NCBI GenBank assembly: GCA_902612965.1
Contig: CACMFN010000007.1
Location: 26,506 to 90,505 of the forward strand
Reading direction: 5' to 3'
From: an uncultured SAR116 cluster alpha proteobacterium
GTDB lineage: Bacteria; Pseudomonadota; Alphaproteobacteria; Puniceispirillales; GCA-002684695
Length of the DNA: 64,000 nt
A program made the translations under genes and the position numbers. Each line of letters begins with the position of its first letter. Positions within the stretch are counted from its first letter, which is position 1. Positions 1 to 12,034 of this stretch are shown here, in pieces. The notes under the pieces were generated by a model. That model did not search any database. It was given only the letters and a program-made list of their open reading frames with translations, and had not been told where the DNA came from.

Positions 1-488
1 TCTTTTTCAAGAGCTATAGCTGTATACATTTTACCAATTGAACAATCAGTACCTACTGCTAAACATCTCATGCCCATTCTTTTTTTGCCATTTGCTATTG
101 GGTAATTAATCGTTGGAACTCTTACATCTATGAGTTGTGTATTATTAGATTTGGACAGGTCAACTAATTCTTTTTCATCTCTCAGTAAGTTATGAAGTCC
201 TGAAGCTATATCTAAACCAGATACAATTGCCTCTTTTAGAACTTCCATCCATTTGATTGAAATTAGCCCTCCTCTATTAGCTACTCCAATTACTAGGGTT
301 TTTGCACCAAGAGACACAGCCTCTTTTACAGAGATGTTTTTTAGTCCCATATCTGCTTTACATCCTTGTAAAGTAATTTGTCCAACAGATATACCTGGTC
401 TCCAATCCTTTATCCCTTGCGCTACTTTTGCTGCCAAAGGATCTGGAGCGTCACCTAAAAATAATACATATGGTTGCTGTATTGTCAT
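1..488 (-). CDS. DUF1611 / DgcN-like protein, N-terminal part (gene runs off the left edge of the window)
   Basis: My own minus-strand translation from the ATG at 488-486 gives MTIQQPYVLFLGDAPDPLAAKVAQGIKDW...RCLAVGTDCSIGKMYTAIALEK. The VGTDCxxGK P-loop-like motif is typical of DUF1611. GAGAGGAAA lies just upstream of the ATG. The 253..558 plus ORF in the track is its antisense shadow. Confidence 0.6.
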   Translation of the reverse strand, partial: MTIQQPYVLFLGDAPDPLAAKVAQGIKDWRPGISVGQITLQGCKADMGLKNISVKEAVSLGAKTLVIGVANRGGLISIKWMEVLKEAIVSGLDIASGLHNLLRDEKELVDLSKSNNTQLIDVRVPTINYPIANGKKRMGMRCLAVGTDCSIGKMYTAIALEK

Positions 489-563
489 AATTATTTCCTC
501 TCAAATAATTAGTATTACAAAATTACTAATTTTGAAATTATATTTTCTATTATTATAAATTTT

Positions 564-1676
564 TTAAATCCACTCTTTTTTAACATCACTTTCTTTCTCT
601 AAAGCAATGTTTTTATTTTTTAAAATAGCAAATTCATCAGCAGTCAATAATTGACGAAGGGACCAAATTGAAGCGCCTCGTAATAGAGTATTTTCAGATT
701 TAATAAATTTTTTTACATTTTTAATTAGTGTCTTATCACCCGAATTACCTGCTGCTATAAGACAATTTCTCATTATTCTCGTATAGCCAGTTCTTTTAAT
801 TGTTGTGCCTGATGTTAATTTTCGAAAACTTTTTTCATCTAGTGAAAGCCATTCTTTAAGTGAAATCAAATTAATTTTATTATCTTCATTAAGCTTAATA
901 TCATTTACAGTAACTGCAAAATTGTTCCAGGGGCAGATTGCTAGACAGTCGTCACATCCAAAAATTCTATTCCCAATGGCTTTTCTAAACTCGGTAGGAA
1001 TTTGTTCTTTATGCTCAATAGTTAGATAGGAAATACATTTTCTAGCGTCAAGTTTATAAGGCTCAATTATAGCATCTGTCGGACAAATTTTAATACACTT
1101 ACTACAAGTGCCACAATTGTCGTTATGAGTTGATTGGTAATCTAAATGCTTGTCAATTAGGATAACACCTAAGAGTAACCAAGATCCATATTTTCTACTT
1201 ACTAAATTTGTATGCTTACCCTGCCAACCAATTCCTGCTGAATGTGCAAGTGGTTTTTCCATTATTGGAGCCGTATCTACAAATACTTTAACTTTTGCTT
1301 TTAATTCAGAGACAATTTTACTGGCAATTTGTTTAAGACGACCCTTTAAAACTTTATGATAGTCTTTTCTTCTAGCGTAAACAGCAACATAGGCATTACT
1401 ATTTTCATTCAATTCTAAAAGTGGATTATTTTGTGGCCCGTAATTAAATCCAAAAACAATTGCAGATTTTGCTTCTGGCCATAAATTCTTAGGTGATTTT
1501 CTTAAATCTTTTTTTTCTTCAATCCAAGTTAAACTTCCATGATATTTTTTTTGTATAAATTCATCTAACCCTTTTTGATTAAAATTAGTGGTTTGTGCTG
1601 GTGTTATACCAACAACATTAAAACCAAATTTATCTGCCAAATTTGTAAAGAATTCGTAATTTTTTATATTTTTCAT
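564..1676 (-). CDS. queG: Epoxyqueuosine reductase
   Basis: 370 aa. Two ferredoxin-type Cys clusters (CGTCSKCIKICPTDAI and FGCDDCLAICPWN). Sits adjacent to tgt and queA. Confidence 0.85.
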   Translation of the reverse strand: MKNIKNYEFFTNLADKFGFNVVGITPAQTTNFNQKGLDEFIQKKYHGSLTWIEEKKDLRKSPKNLWPEAKSAIVFGFNYGPQNNPLLELNENSNAYVAVYARRKDYHKVLKGRLKQIASKIVSELKAKVKVFVDTAPIMEKPLAHSAGIGWQGKHTNLVSRKYGSWLLLGVILIDKHLDYQSTHNDNCGTCSKCIKICPTDAIIEPYKLDARKCISYLTIEHKEQIPTEFRKAIGNRIFGCDDCLAICPWNNFAVTVNDIKLNEDNKINLISLKEWLSLDEKSFRKLTSGTTIKRTGYTRIMRNCLIAAGNSGDKTLIKNVKKFIKSENTLLRGASIWSLRQLLTADEFAILKNKNIALEKESDVKKEWI

Positions 1677-1686
1677 AAGTTTTATG

Positions 1687-3841
<2,155 letters not shown>

Positions 3842-3842
3842 T

Positions 3843-4784
3843 TTAATATATTTGAATTACGCCTTGGATATAATTATTTTCATCAGTAACAACTAATGCC
3901 TGGACTTTTGCTTCTAACATCTTATTTTTTGCATCAATCATCAATTTATCTTTAGTAATAGTAAGAGGATTAGTAGTCATTATATTTTCAGCTTTAACAG
4001 ATGATAAATTTTGATTTTCTAGAAGCAACCTTCTTAAATCACCATCTGTTATTATACCTTGTAAGTAATTATTTTTATGAATAATTGCCAGACCCAATTT
4101 ACTTTCTGTCATTACAATTATTGCATCACTAATAAATTGATCATTGTTCATCAAAGGTAGCTTAGTAGAAATCATATTATCAGCTACTGTTTGAGTTAGT
4201 CCCTTTCCTAAACTACCACCTGGATGAGTTAAAGCAAAATCCTCTTCTGCAAAACCTCTAGCATTCATAACTGATACTGACAAAGCATCTCCTGCAGTCA
4301 TTGTTAGCATTGCAGAGGTAGTTGGAGCTAAATTTAGTGGGCATGCTTCTCTGTCAATAGAAACATCAATATTTGCCGTAGCAAAATTTGCGAGAGAACT
4401 ATCTTTCTTACCTGTCAGAGAAATAATATCGTTTCCTATTTTTTTTAAGGATGGTAACAATTTTAAAACTTCTTCAGTTTCACCAGAATATGAAATCAAA
4501 ATAATTACATCTTCTGATTTTATCATTCCTAAATCACCATGAATTGCTTCAGCTGGATGAAGAAACAAGCTAGGAGTGCCTGTGGAAGCTAATGTTGCTG
4601 AAATCTTTCTACCAACATGGCCTGATTTGCCAATTCCACTTACAACGACATGACCTTTTGAATTTAATATTAATTCAACAGCTTTATCAAACTCAATGTT
4701 TGAATTATGGACAAACCTGTCTATAGCATCTTTATAAGAAGAACAAAGATCTTTAAGAATGTTTTTATATGAAGCCTGCTTCAT
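3843..4784 (-). CDS. kdsD: KpsF/GutQ-family arabinose-5-phosphate isomerase (SIS domain plus tandem CBS)
   Basis: 313 aa. SIS motif VVVSGIGKSGHVGRKISATLASTG and a C-terminal CBS pair. kdsA is also present in the window. Confidence 0.8.
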   Translation of the reverse strand: MKQASYKNILKDLCSSYKDAIDRFVHNSNIEFDKAVELILNSKGHVVVSGIGKSGHVGRKISATLASTGTPSLFLHPAEAIHGDLGMIKSEDVIILISYSGETEEVLKLLPSLKKIGNDIISLTGKKDSSLANFATANIDVSIDREACPLNLAPTTSAMLTMTAGDALSVSVMNARGFAEEDFALTHPGGSLGKGLTQTVADNMISTKLPLMNNDQFISDAIIVMTESKLGLAIIHKNNYLQGIITDGDLRRLLLENQNLSSVKAENIMTTNPLTITKDKLMIDAKNKMLEAKVQALVVTDENNYIQGVIQIY

Positions 4785-5386
4785 TTTATACCTTTGCTAA
4801 ACATATCTTTTGCTAATTTTAGGTCATCGGGTGTATTAACATTAAAAAATTGATCAAAACTTGATGTGAAATGTACCTCTATAGGAGTATATTTTTGAGT
4901 AAATATATCAATTTTTCGAATATTATTTTTTAGAGAATTTTTCAAATCATTTTTTAGTGAAATATGCCAAATAGCAAAAACTGGGTGGTTTCTTCCATTA
5001 GAATTTGCTACGCCAACTAACCTATTGTTTTTATTTACACTTTCAAATAATTTATCAACTAGGTTTTCAGGAAAGAATGGTGTATCAATTGGTAAACTTA
5101 CAACCCATTCAATATTATTATCTTGTTTATAAAACCATTCCAACCCCGACAAAATACCAGCTAATGGACCTTGAAAATTTGGAATAGTATCGTTAATAAT
5201 ATTCAAATCATAATCTTTAAAATTATTTGCATCTCGATTTGTATTTAATACAATTTTATTATTTTCTATTTTTAATTTATCTAGAATTAACTGAAGAAGA
5301 GTTTTGTTATTGATCCTTACCAAAGCTTTATCAATGCCGTTCATTCTAGATGACTTGCCACCAGCTAAAAGAACACACCCAATCAT
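4781..5386 (-). CDS. mobA: Molybdenum cofactor guanylyltransferase
   Basis: 201 aa. VLLAGGKSSRMNGIDKAL signature. 4-nt overlap with kdsD. Confidence 0.85.
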   Translation of the reverse strand: MIGCVLLAGGKSSRMNGIDKALVRINNKTLLQLILDKLKIENNKIVLNTNRDANNFKDYDLNIINDTIPNFQGPLAGILSGLEWFYKQDNNIEWVVSLPIDTPFFPENLVDKLFESVNKNNRLVGVANSNGRNHPVFAIWHISLKNDLKNSLKNNIRKIDIFTQKYTPIEVHFTSSFDQFFNVNTPDDLKLAKDMFSKGIK

Positions 5387-5410
5387 AAATATTCGCCTAT
5401 ATAATTTTTT

Positions 5411-6253
5411 TTAATCATAAATAACACGATGATTTCCTGAGAGTAAAATAAATCTTTTTCCTTTCATTCTGCCAATTAGAGATAGTTTTGCTTCATTAGC
5501 AAGTGAAACACCACTTTCAGTAAAGCCAGAACGAGATAGTAGTATTGGTATTTCCATTTGAACTGTTTTAATCACCATTTCAGAAGTAAGTCTTCCTGTA
5601 GTATAAAAAATTTTATCCCTACCATTTATATCATTTAAAAACATCCATCCAGCTATTTTATCAACAGCATTATGCCTGCCCACATCTTCAACGTATGCTA
5701 GAATATTTTCTTTATAACAAAGTGCACAACCGTGAATTGCACCAGCTTTAATATATAAACTTGGAATTTCAGTAATTTTTTTTGAAATATTAATCATCCA
5801 ACTGGTCTTAATGAAATTATCATCATTTAATTTTACGTCATAAAATGTTTCCATCATATCGCCGTAAACAGTACCTACTGCACAACCACTTGTTCTTATT
5901 TTTTTTGTAAGTTTTTTTTCATAGTTGGTTTTTCTTTTTGTACGAATTACAACAACATCTAACTCATCATCATAATCGATTTCTTCAATTACATCTTTTT
6001 TATTTAACATATTTTGATTAAGAAGATATCCTACAGCCAACTCTTTTGGCATATCGCCTAAAGACATAGTTGTTACAATTTCTTGGGAATTTAGAAATAT
6101 AGTGAAGGGTTTTTCAGTGACTACATCAACTTCAATTTTCTCATTAAGTTCATTTAAACCAACAACATTTTTTGTGAGGTTCATATCATCAATATTGGGT
6201 TTTAATTTTAGAGGATTTAACAAATTTGTTTCATTGATTATTTTATCAGTCAT
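5411..6253 (-). CDS. fdhD: Formate dehydrogenase accessory sulfurtransferase
   Basis: 280 aa. VGRHNAVDKIAG motif and typical FdhD length. Confidence 0.88.
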   Translation of the reverse strand: MTDKIINETNLLNPLKLKPNIDDMNLTKNVVGLNELNEKIEVDVVTEKPFTIFLNSQEIVTTMSLGDMPKELAVGYLLNQNMLNKKDVIEEIDYDDELDVVVIRTKRKTNYEKKLTKKIRTSGCAVGTVYGDMMETFYDVKLNDDNFIKTSWMINISKKITEIPSLYIKAGAIHGCALCYKENILAYVEDVGRHNAVDKIAGWMFLNDINGRDKIFYTTGRLTSEMVIKTVQMEIPILLSRSGFTESGVSLANEAKLSLIGRMKGKRFILLSGNHRVIYD

Positions 6254-6331
6254 AATGTATAATTAACACTGACAATTATAAACGCAAAATTGTAAATGAA
6301 AAATTTTTAAAAAATAGCTAATTACTGATTT

Positions 6332-7090
6332 ATGAAATTTCATTTTATCGCATCAGAAAACCCTGAAGCTAAAGAGGCCCTTAAAGTTCTAATAAAGAGA
6401 TACAATCAAACGAAATTAGAGTTATCCGATGTTATTATTGCCATTGGAGGTGACGGTATGCTTCTTAAAGCTTTAAGAAATAGTATAGAAAAAAATAAGC
6501 CCGTTTTTGGCCTGAATAAAGGCAATGTTGGCTTTCTTATGAATGAACTATCTTTTGATAATTTAGAAAATAGAATTCAAACAGCAAGAAAAGTTAAAAT
6601 GCACCCTCTTTTTATGAGTGCACATAAAATAAATGGTAATATTTTTACTGAATTAGCAGTGAACGAAGTATCAATATTGAGACAAACTCACCAGGCTGCA
6701 CATTTGAAAATTACTGTAGATAAAAAAGAAAGGTTAAATGAATTGGTTTGTGATGGCATTCTTGTTTCAACACCTATAGGGAGTACAGCTTATAATTTAT
6801 CAGCAAGAGGACCAATTATTCCATTAAATGCCAACATATTAGCTTTAACTCCAATTAGCTCATTTAGACCCAGAAGGTGGAGAGGAGCATTACTACCTCA
6901 AAGAGTAAAAATTAGAATAGAAGTACTTAACTTTGACACAAGACCAGTTAGTGCGACAGCAGATAACGTAGAGGCTAGAGATATAAAATATATTGAAATA
7001 TCGACTGATAAAACAAAAAAACTAACTATTCTTCATGATTCAGATCATAGTCTTGATGAAAGAATTATGAAAGAGCAGTTTTTAACATAA
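6332..7090 (+). CDS. nadK: NAD kinase
   Basis: 252 aa. GGDGMLL, GFLMN and GSTAYNLSARGPI motifs. Confidence 0.92.
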   Translation: MKFHFIASENPEAKEALKVLIKRYNQTKLELSDVIIAIGGDGMLLKALRNSIEKNKPVFGLNKGNVGFLMNELSFDNLENRIQTARKVKMHPLFMSAHKINGNIFTELAVNEVSILRQTHQAAHLKITVDKKERLNELVCDGILVSTPIGSTAYNLSARGPIIPLNANILALTPISSFRPRRWRGALLPQRVKIRIEVLNFDTRPVSATADNVEARDIKYIEISTDKTKKLTILHDSDHSLDERIMKEQFLT

Positions 7091-8080
7091 ATTTTTTTTA
7101 ACAAAATTATCAATTGCTCTCCAAAATATAACTTTAACTTCTTCTTTTTCATGAATTATATCATGTCTGCATGATGGTAAGTTTATTTCTTCAACGTTAC
7201 TGAGTTTTTGAACTAATTTTTTTTGTGAACTCGCATCTGTTACTTTCTCATCTTCAGCCAAGAAAAGAAGAACTGGTTGATTAATATTTTTTTTTGTGAA
7301 TTTTTTAAAAAATTTATCACAATAAAATATAGCATTTGAAACCCAATTCCAACTTGGACCTTCAGTTTCTAATAATTTATTCTCCTCAAAATAACTAAGT
7401 GCTTCTTCTGAAGTTTCTTTACCATAATAGTTTATATTTTCTTCTTTCTTCCAATAATCAGAGGCCTTAGACACGCTATTTTTTACATTTTTACCTGCCA
7501 AACCAATAAATGATGCAATAGATGCCAAATTCGTATTTATTCCAATATTTGATAAATTTAAAGGAATAAGAAATTTATTAATTAAAACTGTAAGACCTGC
7601 CAATAAATTTGAAATTGGCAACCCCATCATTGGAGCCATTACTATAAACATTGATGGCTGAATAAAAAAATTATCAATCTTTTTTGAATAAATTTGATAA
7701 TATAAAATTAATAACCCACCTAAAGAATGTCCAAAAAATATTGTTTTTCTATTGAAACCAAATTTAAGCGACTTCATTAAAAAGTTCATTGCTTTAAAAT
7801 AGAGCTCAAAATCTGAAACATGAATTACAGTTGAAGGATTACCAAATCTTGATGAAAGACCTTGTCCGGGCAAGTCAATTATCGCTACACGAAAATTTTC
7901 TTTTGCAAACTTTTCTGCAATAAAATCATACCTCTCTATAAATTCGCTTAATCCTGGTATTATTAAAATATCAGCCTTAATAGGCTTTTTAGATTTTTCG
8001 TTTAAATATACTGAACATCTAATTTTAGAAATTTCAAATTTTAACCAAAAAGTCTTTTTATAGACACTAATCTTTTGCAT
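7082..8080 (-). CDS. Alpha/beta-fold hydrolase (lysophospholipase-like)
   Basis: 332 aa. Nucleophile elbow FFGHSLGG and a C-terminal His region. Substrate cannot be inferred. Confidence 0.6.
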   Translation of the reverse strand: MQKISVYKKTFWLKFEISKIRCSVYLNEKSKKPIKADILIIPGLSEFIERYDFIAEKFAKENFRVAIIDLPGQGLSSRFGNPSTVIHVSDFELYFKAMNFLMKSLKFGFNRKTIFFGHSLGGLLILYYQIYSKKIDNFFIQPSMFIVMAPMMGLPISNLLAGLTVLINKFLIPLNLSNIGINTNLASIASFIGLAGKNVKNSVSKASDYWKKEENINYYGKETSEEALSYFEENKLLETEGPSWNWVSNAIFYCDKFFKKFTKKNINQPVLLFLAEDEKVTDASSQKKLVQKLSNVEEINLPSCRHDIIHEKEEVKVIFWRAIDNFVKKNLC

Positions 8081-8086
8081 TAAATA

Positions 8087-8446
8087 TTATTGTGATGATA
8101 CTGAGAAACTTTCACCACAGCCACAACGAGCAACTTCATTAGGATTTTTAAAATCAAAACCAGAGCTAAATTTATTTTCACTCCAATCCATCTCAGCTCC
8201 AACAAGAAACATTACAGCTGCAGGGTCAATAAAAATAGTAATACCTTTTGTAGATATTGTCTCTTCAAAGTCTTTGGCTGCAGTTGCATACTCAACATTA
8301 TACTTAAAGCCCGAACAACCAGAAGATTTTACTCCAATTCTAAGGCCTTTTACATTTTCATCGCCTTTGTTAATCAGGTATTTAACTCTTTCGGCTGCTT
8401 TATCTGTGACACTTATAATATTTTTATCAGAAAACATTGAACTCAT
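8087..8446 (-). CDS. A-type Fe-S cluster carrier (IscA/SufA/ErpA family)
   Basis: 119 aa. SGCSGF and the C-terminal CGCGESF ligand motifs. Last gene of the suf cluster. Confidence 0.9.
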   Translation of the reverse strand: MSSMFSDKNIISVTDKAAERVKYLINKGDENVKGLRIGVKSSGCSGFKYNVEYATAAKDFEETISTKGITIFIDPAAVMFLVGAEMDWSENKFSSGFDFKNPNEVARCGCGESFSVSSQ

Positions 8447-8456
8447 ACTTTATTCA

Positions 8457-8858
8457 TTACATATCCAAAAGCAATTTAGCATCATCACTCATCATATCTT
8501 TTGACCAAGATGGATCCCAAACTAATTTAACTGTAACTTCACCAACTTTGTCAAGAGTTGATACTTTTTCAGATACCTCTTTTGGGAGTTCCCCAGCCAC
8601 AGGACATGCAGGGGCTGTAAGCGACATCTCAATTTGCACATTACCTCTTTCGCTACAATCAATTTTATATATCAAACCCAAATCATAAATACTGACAGGT
8701 AATTCAGGATCAAATATGCTTTTTAAAATCTCTACTACTTTGCCTTTATCAACTCTATATTTATCGTCAGATAAAGGTTTTCCTGATTTAAAAATTGCAC
8801 CCTCACCTATGTTTAGGGAAGATGGCATAAAATCATTCAATGATAGATCTTTGGTCAT
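8457..8858 (-). CDS. sufT: SUF-associated DUF59 (MIP18/SufT-type) Fe-S assembly protein
   Basis: 133 aa. DPELPVSIYDLGLIY and TAPACP motifs. Located between sufS and the A-type carrier. Confidence 0.8.
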   Translation of the reverse strand: MTKDLSLNDFMPSSLNIGEGAIFKSGKPLSDDKYRVDKGKVVEILKSIFDPELPVSIYDLGLIYKIDCSERGNVQIEMSLTAPACPVAGELPKEVSEKVSTLDKVGEVTVKLVWDPSWSKDMMSDDAKLLLDM

Positions 8859-8860
8859 AT

Positions 8861-10105
8861 CTAGCCTAAAAGTTTTTTTACAGTTTTCAAACCTTCAATT
8901 AAAACATCAACTTCATCTTCTTTTGAATAAACACCAATCGAAGCTCTTGCAGTTGAAGAGATGTTAAAATGTTTCATGAGAGGTTGGGCGCAGTGATGTC
9001 CAGCTCTAATAGCAATCCCTTTCTGATCCAAAATTGTTGCAATATCATGAGGGTGCGCACCATTAAAAAGAAAAGATATCACACCTGATTTATTGCTTGA
9101 GTTACCAATTATGCTTAATTCCTTTACTTCATTAAGTTTCTTAGTAAAGTGTTTTAAAATTTTTTGCTCATGATCTCTTATGTTTTTCATACCAATTTGC
9201 TGTACAAAATCTATAGCCGCACCAAATCCAATAACTTCCGCAATTGGTGGCGTTCCTGCTTCAAACCTGTGAGGTGGATCTGCGTAAGAAGAATTTTCTA
9301 TATCAACATTATCAATCATGTCACCACCACCTAAAAAGGGAGGCATTTCGTGTAAAATTGAAAGTCTTCCCCATAAAACTCCAACGCCAGACGGACCATA
9401 GAGCTTATGTGAGCTAAAAGTATAAAAATCACAATCAATATCTTTAACATCAACTGGCAAGTGAATAGCACCCTGACAACCATCAACAATGCAAATAGCA
9501 TTAACTTCATGAGCTAATTTTGAAATTTCTTTTACTGGAAATACAGTTCCTAAAACGTTGGATACATGAGGGACAGAAATTATTTTTGTTCTTTTATTAA
9601 TTAATTTTTCCATATCTTTGATATCAAAATTTCCGTCTTTATCAACTGGAACTGCCTGAATTTTTGATCCAGTTTGTTGAGACAACAATTGCCATGGAAC
9701 TATATTTGCGTGGTGATCTGCTATAGTAATTATAATTTCATCATCAGGTTTTAAAAACTTTCTTCCCCAAGAATTAGCGATAAGATTAATTAGATGTGTA
9801 GCCCCAGAACCATAAATAATTTCATTACTATTTGATGCTCCTAAAAAATTTGCAGCTTTTTTTCGCACTTCTTCATATTTAAAAGTTGACTGTTCGCTTA
9901 ACCAATGAAGTCCTCGGTGAACATTTGAATAAGTTTCTAAATATGCACTATTTAATGCATCAATAACTGCTTTTGGTTTTTGAGCACTCGCGGCACTATC
10001 TAAATAAACCAAATCTTTATTATTAACTTTTTTATTCAATATTGGAAATTCTGACCTTATCTTTTTGAAGTCAATTTCATCTGAATTATGACCAAGACCA
10101 CTCAT
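8861..10105 (-). CDS. sufS: Cysteine desulfurase, SufS type
   Basis: 414 aa. PLP lysine motif FSSHKLYGPSGVGVL and the active-site loop RAGHHCAQPL. Confidence 0.95.
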   Translation of the reverse strand: MSGLGHNSDEIDFKKIRSEFPILNKKVNNKDLVYLDSAASAQKPKAVIDALNSAYLETYSNVHRGLHWLSEQSTFKYEEVRKKAANFLGASNSNEIIYGSGATHLINLIANSWGRKFLKPDDEIIITIADHHANIVPWQLLSQQTGSKIQAVPVDKDGNFDIKDMEKLINKRTKIISVPHVSNVLGTVFPVKEISKLAHEVNAICIVDGCQGAIHLPVDVKDIDCDFYTFSSHKLYGPSGVGVLWGRLSILHEMPPFLGGGDMIDNVDIENSSYADPPHRFEAGTPPIAEVIGFGAAIDFVQQIGMKNIRDHEQKILKHFTKKLNEVKELSIIGNSSNKSGVISFLFNGAHPHDIATILDQKGIAIRAGHHCAQPLMKHFNISSTARASIGVYSKEDEVDVLIEGLKTVKKLLG

Positions 10106-11259
10106 GCAACTTCTTTCATTTTAAATTCACTTAACCAAAAATCTATTGCTTTTTCTAATTGATCAGAAAGGTAATCATTTTGTATTTCTTCTACAACTTC
10201 ATTTAAATATGCTTTGATTAATAATTCCCTTGCCACTGAGTGTGAAACTCCCCTGCTCAACAAATAAAAGAATTGATCTTTATCTAGCTCACCAATAGTA
10301 GCTCCATGAGCACATGAAACGTCATCAGCAAAAATCTCAAGCTCGGGTTTAGAATTTGACTCGGCTAGGTTTGACAGTAATAGTGCTCTACTCATTTGCC
10401 TGCCATCAGTTTTTTGAGCATTAGGCGCAACCTTTACCCCACCTTGGTAAACACCTACAGAGTTATCATCTAAAATACCTCTTATTATTTGATTTGAAGA
10501 GGTGTTTTCAGCAAGATGATTTACACATGTTGTAATATCTTGATGTTGCTTTTCTCTTCCAAAATAAACACCTATCAAATCATAATTACTATAGTTTTGA
10601 TTAAGGTTTATATTAATATCGCTTCTTGATAAGGTAACACCTTGCTGAGTTAATACCATTTCAAGATTTGAATTTTCAGAAAGATCACCCTCAATTAATG
10701 AAACAAAATTAGATGCGTTTAAAGATTTTGAACTGTTTATTACACTCAAACTAAAGGATAAATTTGATCCTTTCCCAACATCAATTGCTATTAAAGGAGT
10801 ACAAAGTGAGTTGGATGATAAAGAAAATTCTAAAGCAATGTTGCATTCAACATTTTCTGGAACTTTAATAATAATTAATGAACTCGACCATATACCTGCA
10901 TCGATACTTGATTTAATATCAATAGTTTCTTTTTTGCTTGTATTTTTAGGAACTAAAATTTCAAAAGCGTTACTTATATGTGACAATATAACACGAGACA
11001 TTTCATTTTTTTGAAAATATTTTGAATTTAAGGATTCAAGATTGTTAATATCAACATTTTTAATAAATTTATTTTTATTATTTGATAATAGGTACTTTGA
11101 ATTATGTTTTAAACTTGAGGAATCTTTTATAAATTTTTGTAAAGGGGTCATCTTCCAAGTTTCAATCTTAGAATTAGGCCATCCATGTTCTTTGAAACTT
11201 TTCTTAAAAGAGTTACAAAAATCTAGAACTTCATTTGAAGGAGGAGAATTAATTTCCAT
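10102..11259 (-). CDS. sufD: Fe-S cluster assembly protein SufD
   Basis: 385 aa. The C-terminal region is paralogous to SufB (SRALLLS...AHGATIGELD). Position in sufBCDS. Confidence 0.88.
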   Translation of the reverse strand: MEINSPPSNEVLDFCNSFKKSFKEHGWPNSKIETWKMTPLQKFIKDSSSLKHNSKYLLSNNKNKFIKNVDINNLESLNSKYFQKNEMSRVILSHISNAFEILVPKNTSKKETIDIKSSIDAGIWSSSLIIIKVPENVECNIALEFSLSSNSLCTPLIAIDVGKGSNLSFSLSVINSSKSLNASNFVSLIEGDLSENSNLEMVLTQQGVTLSRSDININLNQNYSNYDLIGVYFGREKQHQDITTCVNHLAENTSSNQIIRGILDDNSVGVYQGGVKVAPNAQKTDGRQMSRALLLSNLAESNSKPELEIFADDVSCAHGATIGELDKDQFFYLLSRGVSHSVARELLIKAYLNEVVEEIQNDYLSDQLEKAIDFWLSEFKMKEVA

Positions 11260-12001
11260 TTAGAAAACTCTTATAGCCTTCTTTTTCAACTAATTTAGCT
11301 AAATCTGGACCACCAGATTGAATAATCTTACCCTTGACCATTATATGAACAAAATCTGGAATAATATGATCTAACAACCTCTGATAATGAGTAATAACAA
11401 GCATGCCCCTATCCTTACTTTTTAGGTTTGTAACCCCTTTACCAACAATTCTTAAAGCATCTACATCTAAACCAGAGTCAGTTTCGTCAAGAACAGCGAT
11501 TTTTGGATCAAGCAAAGCCATTTGAAGTATTTCAAAGCGCTTTTTTTCACCACCAGAAAATCCAACATTAACAAATCTTTTTAGCATGTCCTGTGAAATT
11601 TCTAACTCAGCAGCTTTTTCTCTAATAAGTTTAACTAATTCAATACCTTCTAATTCAGGTAGATTTTTTGCAACCCTTGAAGAATTAATGATTGTTCTTA
11701 GAAAAGTCATGCCTGTTACACCAGGCAGTTCTATTGGATATTGAAAAGCTAAAAATAATCCTAATCTAGAACGTTCATCAGCCTCAATATCTAGTATCTC
11801 TTTACTATCTAAAAATACACTGCCTTTACTGACATCATAATCCTCGCGACCTGACAAAACATAGGAAAGGGTTGACTTTCCAGAACCATTAGGCCCCATA
11901 ATCGCGTGTGTCTCTCCAGCATTTATCTGAAGTGATAAACCATTTAATATTTTTTCATCACCAATTGATGCGTAAAGATCTTCAATTTTTAAAAGACTCA
12001 T
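11249..12001 (-). CDS. sufC: Fe-S cluster assembly ATPase SufC
   Basis: 250 aa. Walker A GPNGSGKST, signature FSGGEKKR and Walker B VLDETDSGLD. Confidence 0.96.
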   Translation of the reverse strand: MSLLKIEDLYASIGDEKILNGLSLQINAGETHAIMGPNGSGKSTLSYVLSGREDYDVSKGSVFLDSKEILDIEADERSRLGLFLAFQYPIELPGVTGMTFLRTIINSSRVAKNLPELEGIELVKLIREKAAELEISQDMLKRFVNVGFSGGEKKRFEILQMALLDPKIAVLDETDSGLDVDALRIVGKGVTNLKSKDRGMLVITHYQRLLDHIIPDFVHIMVKGKIIQSGGPDLAKLVEKEGYKSFLNGN

Positions 12002-12034
12002 ATTCTATTCATTACTTTCAAAATAATTATTAAT

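Noticed and set aside
253-558. 101-aa plus-strand ORF from the track
   Set aside because: It lies antisense to a much better minus-strand gene (DUF1611-like, ATG at 488 with an upstream GAGAGGAAA). The plus ORF has no recognisable motifs.
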